Shown here one piece after another: positions 56,656-64,000 of a DNA stretch of 64,000 nt; position 1 is the first letter of the stretch; each line of letters opens with the position of its first letter. Below the pieces are notes generated by a model. It was not told the DNA's origin and did no database searches. It saw only the letters and a list, made by a program, of their open reading frames with translations. Position numbers and translations under genes: made by a program. Source of the stretch: a virus; the IMG/VR virus record IMGVR_UViG_3300037420_002497, one strand, 5' to 3'.

Positions 56656-56906
56656 TGGCAGAGAAGATCCGTCCGTGCATGGGTGGCATCGTTCGCCACT
56701 CCTGGTACTTCATCCGCAACGTCGAGCAAGTTGAGCTGGGCCCCAGCAGCGGCAGCTTCAAGCTCAGGGGGCGCTACGGCTGCCGCAACCCCGGCTGCGC
56801 CGCCCGCAAGTATGGCCCGCCACAGACGACGAAAGAGCCCGGCGACACCTCTCCACTGCTCGATGTGATTGAGCGGCTGAGCGGCCAATCTGGCGGCAAA
56901 GAGTAG
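56652..56906 (+). CDS. hypothetical protein (84 aa)
   Basis: overlaps the upstream gene. Confidence 0.4.
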   Translation: MMAEKIRPCMGGIVRHSWYFIRNVEQVELGPSSGSFKLRGRYGCRNPGCAARKYGPPQTTKEPGDTSPLLDVIERLSGQSGGKE

Positions 56907-56928
56907 GCAACATTATCTGGAGTACCAC

Positions 56929-57561
56929 ATGACTGATGCTCAGCTTGAGCAGTACCTGCCCGTGGCTAGGTCCACCGGCAAACCCCAGGTGTGGCTGTCC
57001 AAGGCCGACGCCATCCAGGCGATCCGCGCAGCCCTGGCTGCTGCAGAGGACGAATTCGTGACGTTCAACCTGGGAGGCGGCGCCGGCTGCATCAAGGTCG
57101 CTGATGTGGACGTGCCCACCTTGGCGAATTGCCTGCGAGCCCTGGCCGGCGCCCCGCAGGCGCAGCCGGATGCAGTGACCATCCCTCGCGCCACTGCGGA
57201 GAGCTTGTTGGGTTTCGCGGATTCGATGCTGACGCTCACCCGGCAGCCGGCGTCCGTGCAAATCCTGCGCGATGCCCTGGCCGCCCCGCAGGCGCAGCCG
57301 CAAGTGACGGAAGCCATGGTTGATGCGGCTGAAGGATTCTTCACGGCCTACAACGCCCGCGACTTGGCGCGCCGGACGCTGGAAGCCGCCCTGGCCGCCA
57401 CCCCGCAGGCGCAGCCGCAGAAACGGCACAAGCGCCCCCTCACGCGCTGCGCAGCCAACAGGGATGGAGACTGCTGCCACCCGGACTGCCCCCAGGTGCG
57501 CGATGGCGAGCCAAAAAAGTCGGGGCGGGACTGCCCGCTGGACTACCCCCGCGAATATTGA
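56929..57561 (+). CDS. protein with three A(P/T)PQAQPQ repeats and a C-terminal Cys cluster (210 aa)
   Basis: GGAGTACCACATG start context. Confidence 0.5.
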   Translation: MTDAQLEQYLPVARSTGKPQVWLSKADAIQAIRAALAAAEDEFVTFNLGGGAGCIKVADVDVPTLANCLRALAGAPQAQPDAVTIPRATAESLLGFADSMLTLTRQPASVQILRDALAAPQAQPQVTEAMVDAAEGFFTAYNARDLARRTLEAALAATPQAQPQKRHKRPLTRCAANRDGDCCHPDCPQVRDGEPKKSGRDCPLDYPREY

Positions 57562-57577
57562 CCTTGGATTAGCCCAC
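57562..57577 (+). promoter_or_regulatory. upstream motif CCTTGGATTAGCCCAC (copy 1) overlapping a TTGACC -35-like box
   Basis: near-identical motif at 58206-58222. Confidence 0.4.
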
Positions 57578-57596
57578 CTGTTATTTAGGGGTGAAT

Positions 57597-58199
57597 ATGA
57601 AGATGAGACAGCGAAAGGCGCGGTACTGGCGCCGCCTGTTTGCCCGTCTGGACAACTGCGAGGTCTGCAAAGGCTGGCGCGGCGGCGTGCGCGGCAATGA
57701 GAACCGGGTCGATGGCGTCGTGATGTGTGACGCCTGCACCTCGGACCACCAGCGGCCGGGCTTGGTCGCCACGGCAGGCGAGTTCCTGGGGTGCGAGGCC
57801 CCCCTGCCCGACTGCATGAACCCGGACCTGTGCGCCACGCTGGGCGCGTGCATCGGCATGTCGCGCAGCGCGATTGCGGAGCGGGAACTGGCCGCGAGCT
57901 TGGCGAAGGGTCTGCGTGAGGTTGGAGAGCACGCCGAGGGCAAGCTGGCCCTGAAAGAAACGATGGTGCAGGGGCCGCACGTCGAGGGCGACAAGAGCAT
58001 TGCCGTCTGCCATGAATGCCGCGAGGTCGTGGATACCACGCTCAAGCGCCGCGACGTGCCTTTCAGTGACGGGAGCGGCGTGGTGCGCGACATCCTGGCC
58101 GCCGTGTGCGACGTGTGCGGCAGCGTGGTTGCGATCCCGGCGTGCTCGGCACCCACCATCAAGGCGGCCCGGGAGGCCCAGGCAAAGCCCGCCTCGTGA
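57597..58199 (+). CDS. zinc-ribbon protein (two CxxC pairs at each end), about 200 aa
   Basis: AGGGGTG RBS; CEVCKG...CDAC and CHEC...CDVCG motifs. Confidence 0.5.
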   Translation: MKMRQRKARYWRRLFARLDNCEVCKGWRGGVRGNENRVDGVVMCDACTSDHQRPGLVATAGEFLGCEAPLPDCMNPDLCATLGACIGMSRSAIAERELAASLAKGLREVGEHAEGKLALKETMVQGPHVEGDKSIAVCHECREVVDTTLKRRDVPFSDGSGVVRDILAAVCDVCGSVVAIPACSAPTIKAAREAQAKPAS

Positions 58200-58205
58200 A
58201 TCCAG

Positions 58206-58222
58206 CCTTGGAATTAGCCCAC
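58206..58222 (+). promoter_or_regulatory. upstream motif CCTTGGAATTAGCCCAC (copy 2)
   Basis: matches 57562-57577. Confidence 0.4.
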
Positions 58223-58242
58223 ATATCAAAGAGGAAACCGAC

Positions 58243-58488
58243 ATGGAACATGAGTTCAGCCTGCTGTTCAGGCTTCCCCCCGGGGCCGACGACATGCGCA
58301 AGATCATGGACGCACTGCTGAAGGCCGAGTGCACGGACGCCCTGGTTGGCTTTGGCAACATCGACAAAGCCGAGCTGTCGCTTGACTTCATCCGCGAGGG
58401 CGAGTCACCCGAGGCAGCCCGCAAAAGCGCCATCAATGACGTGCTGCGAGCACTGCCTGGGGCGCAGCTACTGGAGGAGCACCGTTGA
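58243..58488 (+). CDS. hypothetical protein (81 aa)
   Basis: AGAGGA RBS. Confidence 0.45.
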   Translation: MEHEFSLLFRLPPGADDMRKIMDALLKAECTDALVGFGNIDKAELSLDFIREGESPEAARKSAINDVLRALPGAQLLEEHR

Positions 58489-58982
58489 GCAAGCTCACCG
58501 AACTGGAGAAAGAGATCGTCCGCATCGCCGAGGAGATCAACAGGGTTGGCGACCTGTGCCACCTCGTTGACTACGACCCGGACATTGGCCAAGTACCTGA
58601 GCACTTCAGGCCCAATGCCGAAGTGCTGGCGCTGGTCAAGCAGTTGCTGGCCGACACCAAGACCAACGCCGCGACCGTCATCAAGGCGGTCGCCGAGTAC
58701 GGCAAGCGCTTCGACAACCCGAACGGCCTGCCCACCCCGTTCAGCGCCGGCTTCTCGCTGGCGTGCGAGGAGATCGAGGTCCGGCTGCTTGGCGAGCGCA
58801 CCGACCTGCCGCCTTTCCCGCGCATGACGCCTGAGCAGGTGCAGCAGTGCATCCAGGAGGCGGACAAGACCAGTGGCGCCTATCAGCGCACGCCCTGGGC
58901 CACCTTGCTGGTCTACATCGTTGAGGACGCACTCGCCAAGGCATGGGGCATCACGCTACCGACCACGGAGACCAAAGCATGA
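58485..58982 (+). CDS. hypothetical protein (165 aa), TTG start
   Basis: GGAGGAG lies 5 nt upstream of the TTG. Confidence 0.5.
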   Translation: MSKLTELEKEIVRIAEEINRVGDLCHLVDYDPDIGQVPEHFRPNAEVLALVKQLLADTKTNAATVIKAVAEYGKRFDNPNGLPTPFSAGFSLACEEIEVRLLGERTDLPPFPRMTPEQVQQCIQEADKTSGAYQRTPWATLLVYIVEDALAKAWGITLPTTETKA

Positions 58983-59233
58983 GAGCCAAGCTGATCGGTG
59001 GCCCACTACACGGACAGAGCGTGTTCGTTCATGCCTTGAAGCAGGGGCAGCTGCAGAGCCAGCATGCGTTCTATCGGTACGACGGCACGTTGTACGTACA
59101 CCGAATGTGGATCGACCCCGAAGGGCGCTACGTCCTGGTGCTGGTGGACGCCAGCCTGGATCTGGGCGAAGCCTCCGAAAAGATCCGGCAGGCGATGGAG
59201 CCGAACGCCACGCAGCTTCGGCGGGTGGCTTGA
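58979..59233 (+). CDS. hypothetical protein (84 aa)
   Basis: ATGA overlap with the upstream gene. Confidence 0.45.
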   Translation: MRAKLIGGPLHGQSVFVHALKQGQLQSQHAFYRYDGTLYVHRMWIDPEGRYVLVLVDASLDLGEASEKIRQAMEPNATQLRRVA

Positions 59234-59246
59234 CCCGGGGGCCATG

Positions 59247-59290
59247 GTTCACATTTAGTTCACTCTCGGTTCATTCTGTGTTCTATACTA
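59247..59290 (+). repeat. iteron-like cluster B: four GTTC repeats at 11-bp spacing ending in TGTTCTATACT
   Basis: GTTCAC at 59247, GTTCAC at 59258, GTTCAT at 59269 and GTTCTA at 59280; last 20 nt nearly identical to cluster A. Confidence 0.65.
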
Positions 59291-59333
59291 GGTGCGACGG
59301 CAGCACGGGGCTGCCTCCACCGGAGAACCGCAG

Positions 59334-59588
59334 ATGGATACGGAACTGGAGCAGCTGCGCCGCACACTGGATGCCATCCGGCACCGCGCGCAGTGCACCG
59401 ACACCGGCATGGGCGCGGACATCCTCAAGATCCTCGCCGACGCGCCTGTTGGATCGTCCAACAAGGCGCTGACGCCCGAGGAGCAGGCGGCGCTCAAGTG
59501 GGCGCTGGAGCAGCAGTTCCAGTCGGTCTCGGCGCGCTATGCCCGAACGCTGGCGAAGCTCGTGCAGCACCTCTACCCGCAGCCATGA
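59334..59588 (+). CDS. hypothetical protein (84 aa)
   Basis: GGAGAA RBS; contains a palindrome site. Confidence 0.45.
   Translation: MDTELEQLRRTLDAIRHRAQCTDTGMGADILKILADAPVGSSNKALTPEEQAALKWALEQQFQSVSARYARTLAKLVQHLYPQP
59447..59463. promoter_or_regulatory. dispersed palindrome site 4 (TGTTGGATCGTCCAACA), inside a CDS
   Basis: one mismatched arm position. Confidence 0.45.
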
Positions 59589-59620
59589 ACTACCAACAAA
59601 GGGAGATCCCCATGCCCCGG

Positions 59621-60019
59621 AGCAAAGCGCTCCTCACCCAAGAGCAGTTCGATGCCGCCATCCGCCAGGGTGGCGTCATGAAGGACCACAACATCGAGCT
59701 GGCGCGCCAGATCCTGGTGCTGGGCGTGCCGAACAACGCTGCGGCCAAGGCGGCCGACGTGCTGCCATCCCAGGCCAGCACGATCGTCAAGCGGGTGCTG
59801 CAGTACCACCAGACCGCCCTGACCCTGAAGAAGACCGCCGCGCAGTTCATGGCCGAGAAGCCGCCGCGTGAGCAGGTGATCGAGGCGCTGCGCCCCGAGC
59901 TGCTGAAGCTGCACAAGGCCAAGTACACGGTCGAGCAGCTGATCGAGTTCCTGGCGGCCAATGACGTGCACGCGAACCGCAAGGAAGTCCTCGCGATCAT
60001 CGAAGGGAGCAACCCGTGA
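59621..60019 (+). CDS. hypothetical protein upstream of parA (132 aa; an alternative ATG lies at 59585)
   Basis: AAGGGAG RBS lies 6 nt upstream. Confidence 0.45.
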   Translation, partial: SKALLTQEQFDAAIRQGGVMKDHNIELARQILVLGVPNNAAAKAADVLPSQASTIVKRVLQYHQTALTLKKTAAQFMAEKPPREQVIEALRPELLKLHKAKYTVEQLIEFLAANDVHANRKEVLAIIEGSNP

Positions 60020-60846
60020 GCAAGACCCTCAAGAGCCTGATGCTGGTCGCCCAGAAGGGTGGCGTGGGCAAGACCGCGATCGCCACGCTGCTGGCGCACT
60101 ACCTCGCCCTGCTGCGCGGCAAGCGCGTGCTGGTGATCAACCTGGACCACCAGAAGAACCTCGTGCGCCCGCTGTCGCAATCCGGCAAGGTCACGATGTC
60201 GGCCATCACCAGCGACAAGCTGCTGACCGACCCGGCCGCCGATGTCGAGGCCGCGCCCTACGTGCTGGTGCCCGGCGACAAGGACGCACTGGAGAGCCTG
60301 GAGCGCCAGCCCGACCGGCACAACGCCTTCGCCGGCAACTTCCGTGCGTTCCTCAAGCGCATGGAAGGCCGCTTCGACGTGGTGATCGTGGACACCAACC
60401 CGAACCCGGACATCCGCGTCCTGGCCGCGATGGTCAGCATCGACTACGTGCTGGCGCCGATCCAGCTCAACCAGGAGAGCATCGACGGCATCGCCGACCT
60501 GTTCAACGGCAAGCGCGTGGGGATCGGCCGCATCCGCGCCACGCTCAACAAGCAGCTCAAGTTCCTGGGCATGCTGCCCAACCTCGTGAAGCCGGTGCCG
60601 TTCCAGCGCACGAACCTGGAGAAGCTGCTGGCCGTGCCCGAGTACCGGGCGCAACTGATGTCGATGGTCGATGACCCGACCGAGATCAGCCAGCTGGCCC
60701 GCATCCCCGACCGCACCGTGATCGCCGAGATCCAGGCCAGCGGCAAGGTGCTGTGGGAGGTGAAGGACAAGACCGCCGCGCGCGACGCCTGGGCCGAGAT
60801 CAAGCCGGTCATGGACCGCATCGCGCATCTCATGGGCGTGCAGTGA
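60016..60846 (+). CDS. parA: ParA/MinD-family partition ATPase (276 aa)
   Basis: deviant Walker A AQKGGVGKTAIA; GTGA overlap with the upstream gene. Confidence 0.75.
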   Translation: MSKTLKSLMLVAQKGGVGKTAIATLLAHYLALLRGKRVLVINLDHQKNLVRPLSQSGKVTMSAITSDKLLTDPAADVEAAPYVLVPGDKDALESLERQPDRHNAFAGNFRAFLKRMEGRFDVVIVDTNPNPDIRVLAAMVSIDYVLAPIQLNQESIDGIADLFNGKRVGIGRIRATLNKQLKFLGMLPNLVKPVPFQRTNLEKLLAVPEYRAQLMSMVDDPTEISQLARIPDRTVIAEIQASGKVLWEVKDKTAARDAWAEIKPVMDRIAHLMGVQ

Positions 60847-60884
60847 TTCGCCACCACTGACGCCCCCACCGACAGGAGCCACAC

Positions 60885-61916
60885 ATGAGCATCGACCTTT
60901 CGCAATCCCTGGACCTGGGCGACCTGAGCGCCACCGCCGCCACCGGCGAGCCGCTGAAGCTGTGGGCCGCCACCATCCGGCCCAGCCGCTGGGCCAACCG
61001 CCACGAGCTGAGCTTCCTGAGCCCGGAGTTCAACGCCCTGAAGGAGGAGATCAAGAACGCGGGCGGCAACGTCCAGCCGATCAAGGTGCGCCCGCTGGCG
61101 CAGCCCGAGGACGGCGTGGAGTACGAGGTGGTGTTCGGCCACCGCCGCCACCGCGCCTGCCTGGAGCTGGGCATCGAGGTGGCCGCCGTGGTCGAGGCCG
61201 TGGACGACCAGCATCTGTGGGCGCAGATGGAGCGCGAGAACCGCGCCCGCGAGCCGCTGTCGGCCTACGAGCAGGGGACGATGTACCAGCGCGCGATGGA
61301 CGAAGGGCTGTTCCCGTCCATCCAGGCGCTGGCCAAGGCGATCGGCCGCAGCGCGGGCGACATCAGCAAGGCCATCTCCATCGCCCGGCTCCCGCCCGAG
61401 GTGGTGCAGGCCTTCGGCTCACCCCAGGACATCGGGTTCCGCGACGCCAAGCCGCTGAAGGACGCGGTGGAGGCGGCGCCCGAGGCGGTGGCCCAGGCCG
61501 CCCGCGCGCTGGCCGCCGTGCCCCAGGCGCTGCCGCCGAAGGTGGTGGTGCAGCGGCTCGCCGCCGCCGCCGGCATGGCCGATGACGACCAGAACGAAGC
61601 CGAGGAGGAGCCGGCCGAGGCGGCTGTTGGACGGTCCAACAAGGCCAAGGCAGCGCCCGCGCCGAGCCCGGCAGCGCCAGCTGTTGGGCCGTCCAACAAG
61701 CCCGCGCCGGCCCCGAAGGCGGCCCCGGTTGCGCACCTGCGGGTGGTGGTCGAGGTCGGCGAGGAGCTGATGGAGCTGGTCACCGACTGCCGCCCGAAGC
61801 GGGGCCTGATCCCGGTGCGGCCAGTGGCCAGCGATGAGGCGCCGCAGTACCTGCCGGCGGGCAAGGTGCGCATCGTCCGTGCCGAGGCCCAGGCGCCCCG
61901 CACGTTTACGGGTTAA
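60885..61916 (+). CDS. parB: ParB-like partition protein (343 aa)
   Basis: N-terminal ParB/Srx-like motif VVFGHRRHRACLELG; follows parA; CAGGAGCCACACATG start context. Confidence 0.65.
   Translation: MSIDLSQSLDLGDLSATAATGEPLKLWAATIRPSRWANRHELSFLSPEFNALKEEIKNAGGNVQPIKVRPLAQPEDGVEYEVVFGHRRHRACLELGIEVAAVVEAVDDQHLWAQMERENRAREPLSAYEQGTMYQRAMDEGLFPSIQALAKAIGRSAGDISKAISIARLPPEVVQAFGSPQDIGFRDAKPLKDAVEAAPEAVAQAARALAAVPQALPPKVVVQRLAAAAGMADDDQNEAEEEPAEAAVGRSNKAKAAPAPSPAAPAVGPSNKPAPAPKAAPVAHLRVVVEVGEELMELVTDCRPKRGLIPVRPVASDEAPQYLPAGKVRIVRAEAQAPRTFTG
61625..61641. promoter_or_regulatory. dispersed palindrome site 5 (TGTTGGACGGTCCAACA), inside the parB 3' region
   Basis: perfect palindrome. Confidence 0.5.
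61682..61698. promoter_or_regulatory. dispersed palindrome site 6 (TGTTGGGCCGTCCAACA), inside the parB 3' region
   Basis: one mismatch. Confidence 0.45.
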
Positions 61917-62049
61917 CCCGGGAAGTGAGCGCACGCCCCGGGAAAACTCCGGGTAACTCCTACCGTTCAAGGGCGGCATCCTTGCTCGCGATGATTCCGT
62001 TGCCGTTTAGCGGCAACAATGCCCACCGCGAAAGAAGAAAGGATGTCGC

Positions 62050-62382
62050 GTGAGACTGAAGCCAGAAGAAATCTTGAAGTGCCTGGGGCTGGTCGTGCCG
62101 GCCGAGGGGTTGGAGATCGACGCCAAGGAGGCGCCTATCCACATTGCGGCGTTGACGCTGCTGGGGCGCACGCTGCGCATGCGGGCGATTCCCGACCGTG
62201 AGCTGATGGGGCTGTCGGTTGGGATCGCCGTGCTGTACGACAAGTGGTGTGGCCGCCCGGTCGAGGAGCTGACCCGGGACGTGGACCTGTTGCGGACCAG
62301 CATCGAAAAACTACTGATCGACAACTACTTCCTGGGGCCCGAAGCCATCCGGCGACCGATCCAGGAGCAGCCGCAGGGGTAG
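62050..62382 (+). CDS. hypothetical protein (110 aa), GTG start
   Basis: AAAGAAAGGA RBS; a terminator follows. Confidence 0.45.
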   Translation: MRLKPEEILKCLGLVVPAEGLEIDAKEAPIHIAALTLLGRTLRMRAIPDRELMGLSVGIAVLYDKWCGRPVEELTRDVDLLRTSIEKLLIDNYFLGPEAIRRPIQEQPQG

Positions 62383-62412
62383 GGCCCTGACGCGGCATCT
62401 TCCGCAAACCAG

Positions 62413-62433
62413 CCGCCCCGAAGGCGGCTTTTT
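62413..62433 (+). terminator. rho-independent terminator
   Basis: stem GCCGCCCCGAAGGCGGC followed by TTTTT. Confidence 0.65.
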
Positions 62434-62450
62434 CACGCCTGCCGGGCGGC

Positions 62451-62467
62451 TGTTGGACGGTCCAACA
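62451..62467. promoter_or_regulatory. dispersed palindrome site 7 (TGTTGGACGGTCCAACA), intergenic after the terminator
   Basis: identical, including flanks, to site 5. Confidence 0.5.
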
Positions 62468-62612
62468 AGCCCGCACCCCGTCCTTCTGATCGCGGTATTC
62501 CCGCCGTGCAGACACGCGTGCGAGAAGGAATGGACGTTAGCCAATGGTTAAGGCAGGATAGGCTTCCCGCCGGTTGATGTATTTCAGCTGGCGCGAACCC
62601 CAGGAGCCACAC

Positions 62613-62939
62613 ATGCAAGTCACCATCAACATCCCCGATGCCGTCCTGCGGGAAGCCATCGAAGCCCAAGTCGGCGCTGCCGTCGCCAAGATCACCAGCG
62701 AGGTGATCCACGCCAAGGCCAACGAGATCATCGACAAGAAGATGGAGCGCTTCGACCCGGAGGCGATCGCCAGGGCCTTCGTCACTTCCCAGATGACCGA
62801 AACGGTGCGAGCCCAGATGTCCACCGAGCTGCTGGCCCTGCTCGGCCCGCAGGGCTACCAGCGCCGCCAAAAGGTGGAGGAGCTGGTGATGCAGGTCGCG
62901 AAGCAGCTCCTGCGCGGCGAGGTCGGAGGCAAGGCATGA
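62613..62939 (+). CDS. hypothetical protein (108 aa)
   Basis: CAGGAGCCACACATG start context. Confidence 0.5.
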   Translation: MQVTINIPDAVLREAIEAQVGAAVAKITSEVIHAKANEIIDKKMERFDPEAIARAFVTSQMTETVRAQMSTELLALLGPQGYQRRQKVEELVMQVAKQLLRGEVGGKA

Positions 62940-63364
62940 GCACCACCCCCTTCCAGCCCCCGGCCCCGCTTCCCGCACCGGTGGCCAAGTACGTCCTGTC
63001 CATCCATGCCGACAGCGGCTACCGATCCACCACCGATGGCCGGTGCACGGTGGGCCAGTACAGCGCCGCCATGGCCGCGCTGCATGGCAACCCGACCCCG
63101 ACTGAGCGGCAGCTGCTTTCCGTGCTGCGAGAAGCCCGTGAGGCGCTGGCCACAGCAGTCCGCACGAATGTGGATGTGGAGGGCTTCGACGTGTCGCAGC
63201 ACTTCATGATCCAGAAGATGGACGCGGCCCTGGCCGGCACCAGCCATGAGCCGAGCCTGAGCGACGAGGAGAAGCGAGCGCTGGAATGGGCGAAGGCGCA
63301 GTCGTTCCCGGAGGCCATCACGCTGGTGACACTGGCGCAGCGTCTGGGGGCCACGAATGGTTGA
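62936..63364 (+). CDS. hypothetical protein (142 aa)
   Basis: ATGA overlap with the upstream gene. Confidence 0.5.
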   Translation: MSTTPFQPPAPLPAPVAKYVLSIHADSGYRSTTDGRCTVGQYSAAMAALHGNPTPTERQLLSVLREAREALATAVRTNVDVEGFDVSQHFMIQKMDAALAGTSHEPSLSDEEKRALEWAKAQSFPEAITLVTLAQRLGATNG

Positions 63365-63629
63365 GATCCTTGCCACCGAGCGCCGCATCAAGTCCACCGG
63401 GCGCGGCGCCGAACACTTCGGCAGCTGCGAGCGGTGCGGAAGGCACTGCAGCGAGCACTACGTCCAGCAGTGGCGCCGGCAGTACCGCATCACGAGCGGG
63501 ACGCGCGTCGGCCATGTCGGCTGGACCTTCTGGGATTCTGCCGGCTACGGACATGTGGAGTGCCTGCGCGGCGGCGCCTATGCCGATGTTCCCGTGGTCG
63601 AGTACGGAGCCGCCGAGGAGGCCGCATGA
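63357..63629 (+). CDS. Cys/His-rich small protein (90 aa)
   Basis: CERCGRHC...HVEC motif. Confidence 0.4.
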   Translation: MVEILATERRIKSTGRGAEHFGSCERCGRHCSEHYVQQWRRQYRITSGTRVGHVGWTFWDSAGYGHVECLRGGAYADVPVVEYGAAEEAA

Positions 63630-63880
63630 GCTTCCACTCCACTCCGACGAAGCACACCGCGCGCAAGTGCCACCGCTGCGACTGGTGTGGCGAACTGGTC
63701 CAGGCTGGAGAGCGTTACAGCCGCTACTTCTGGGCCAATGGCGACGACGCGGGCGCCGTGAAGCTGCACCCGGAATGCTTGGTGGCGATGCTGGCAGAGG
63801 CGTCCGCCTGGGGCGCCGGCTACGAGTTCACCCCCTACAGCAACGAGCGGCCCTCGGCCGCAGAAATGGAAGCAGCATGA
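63626..63880 (+). CDS. zinc-ribbon-like protein (84 aa)
   Basis: ATGA overlap with the upstream gene; CHRCDWCG...HPEC motif. Confidence 0.45.
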   Translation: MSFHSTPTKHTARKCHRCDWCGELVQAGERYSRYFWANGDDAGAVKLHPECLVAMLAEASAWGAGYEFTPYSNERPSAAEMEAA

Positions 63881-64000
63881 ACACCGTGAAGCCCGGCAAA
63901 CCCAATTTGGATGATCTGTGGCGCGCCCACGTCGAGGCCCTGGGCACTGGCGTCGGGTCCGGCAAATGGATCAAGTGCGCCCAATTCCTCATGGAGAGCT
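63877..64000 (+). CDS. hypothetical protein, 5' fragment (continues beyond the window)
   Basis: ATGA overlap with the upstream gene. Confidence 0.3.
   Translation, partial: MNTVKPGKPNLDDLWRAHVEALGTGVGSGKWIKCAQFLMES

Overview
High-GC (about 65-70%) proteobacterial-type DNA with at least 130 mostly small, tightly packed, often translationally coupled genes, so likely phage-derived. No rRNA, tRNA, CRISPR array, integrase or virion structural genes are visible. The window reads as the non-structural (early/accessory) arm of a prophage or phage-plasmid-like element. Layout, left to right: (1) Two GC-rich degenerate repeat arrays (60-1295, 3279-3660) bracket a lower-GC island of four minus-strand genes (1302-3212). 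(2) A 15-kb plus-strand block (3950-19150) of about 34 small genes is organised as six cassettes. Each cassette starts with the same promoter carrying a 17-bp palindrome ATAGGCG-CGC-CGCCTAT, and most follow an intrinsic terminator. Genes in the block are separated by a conserved 'TGACCCCTTCC ... CAGGAGCCACACCATG' linker, and one gene encodes a DUF932 protein. (3) A minus-strand early operon (29716-19409) encodes a YdaS/Cro-like regulator, an HNH protein, a RuvC-like resolvase, an SPFH/band-7 plus NfeD-like pair, a HAD phosphatase and a DnaJ-type zinc-finger protein. It is divergent from an HTH repressor-like gene, and the region between and around them holds four operator-like sites. (4) A plus-strand operon (30841-35260) encodes a vWA protein, a 399-aa unknown protein and an AAA_24-type ATPase. 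(5) A long run of overlapping small genes (35530-51019) includes MazG, dihydrofolate reductase, an ACP-like protein and RtcB RNA ligase. (6) A putative plasmid-type maintenance module holds a winged-helix Rep-like gene, two clusters of four GTTC repeats phased at 11 bp, and parA/parB. Seven copies of the palindrome TGTTGGACNGTCCAACA are scattered from 11.7 to 62.5 kb. All gene calls rest on ORF structure, start-codon context and motif recognition by eye; no database search was possible.
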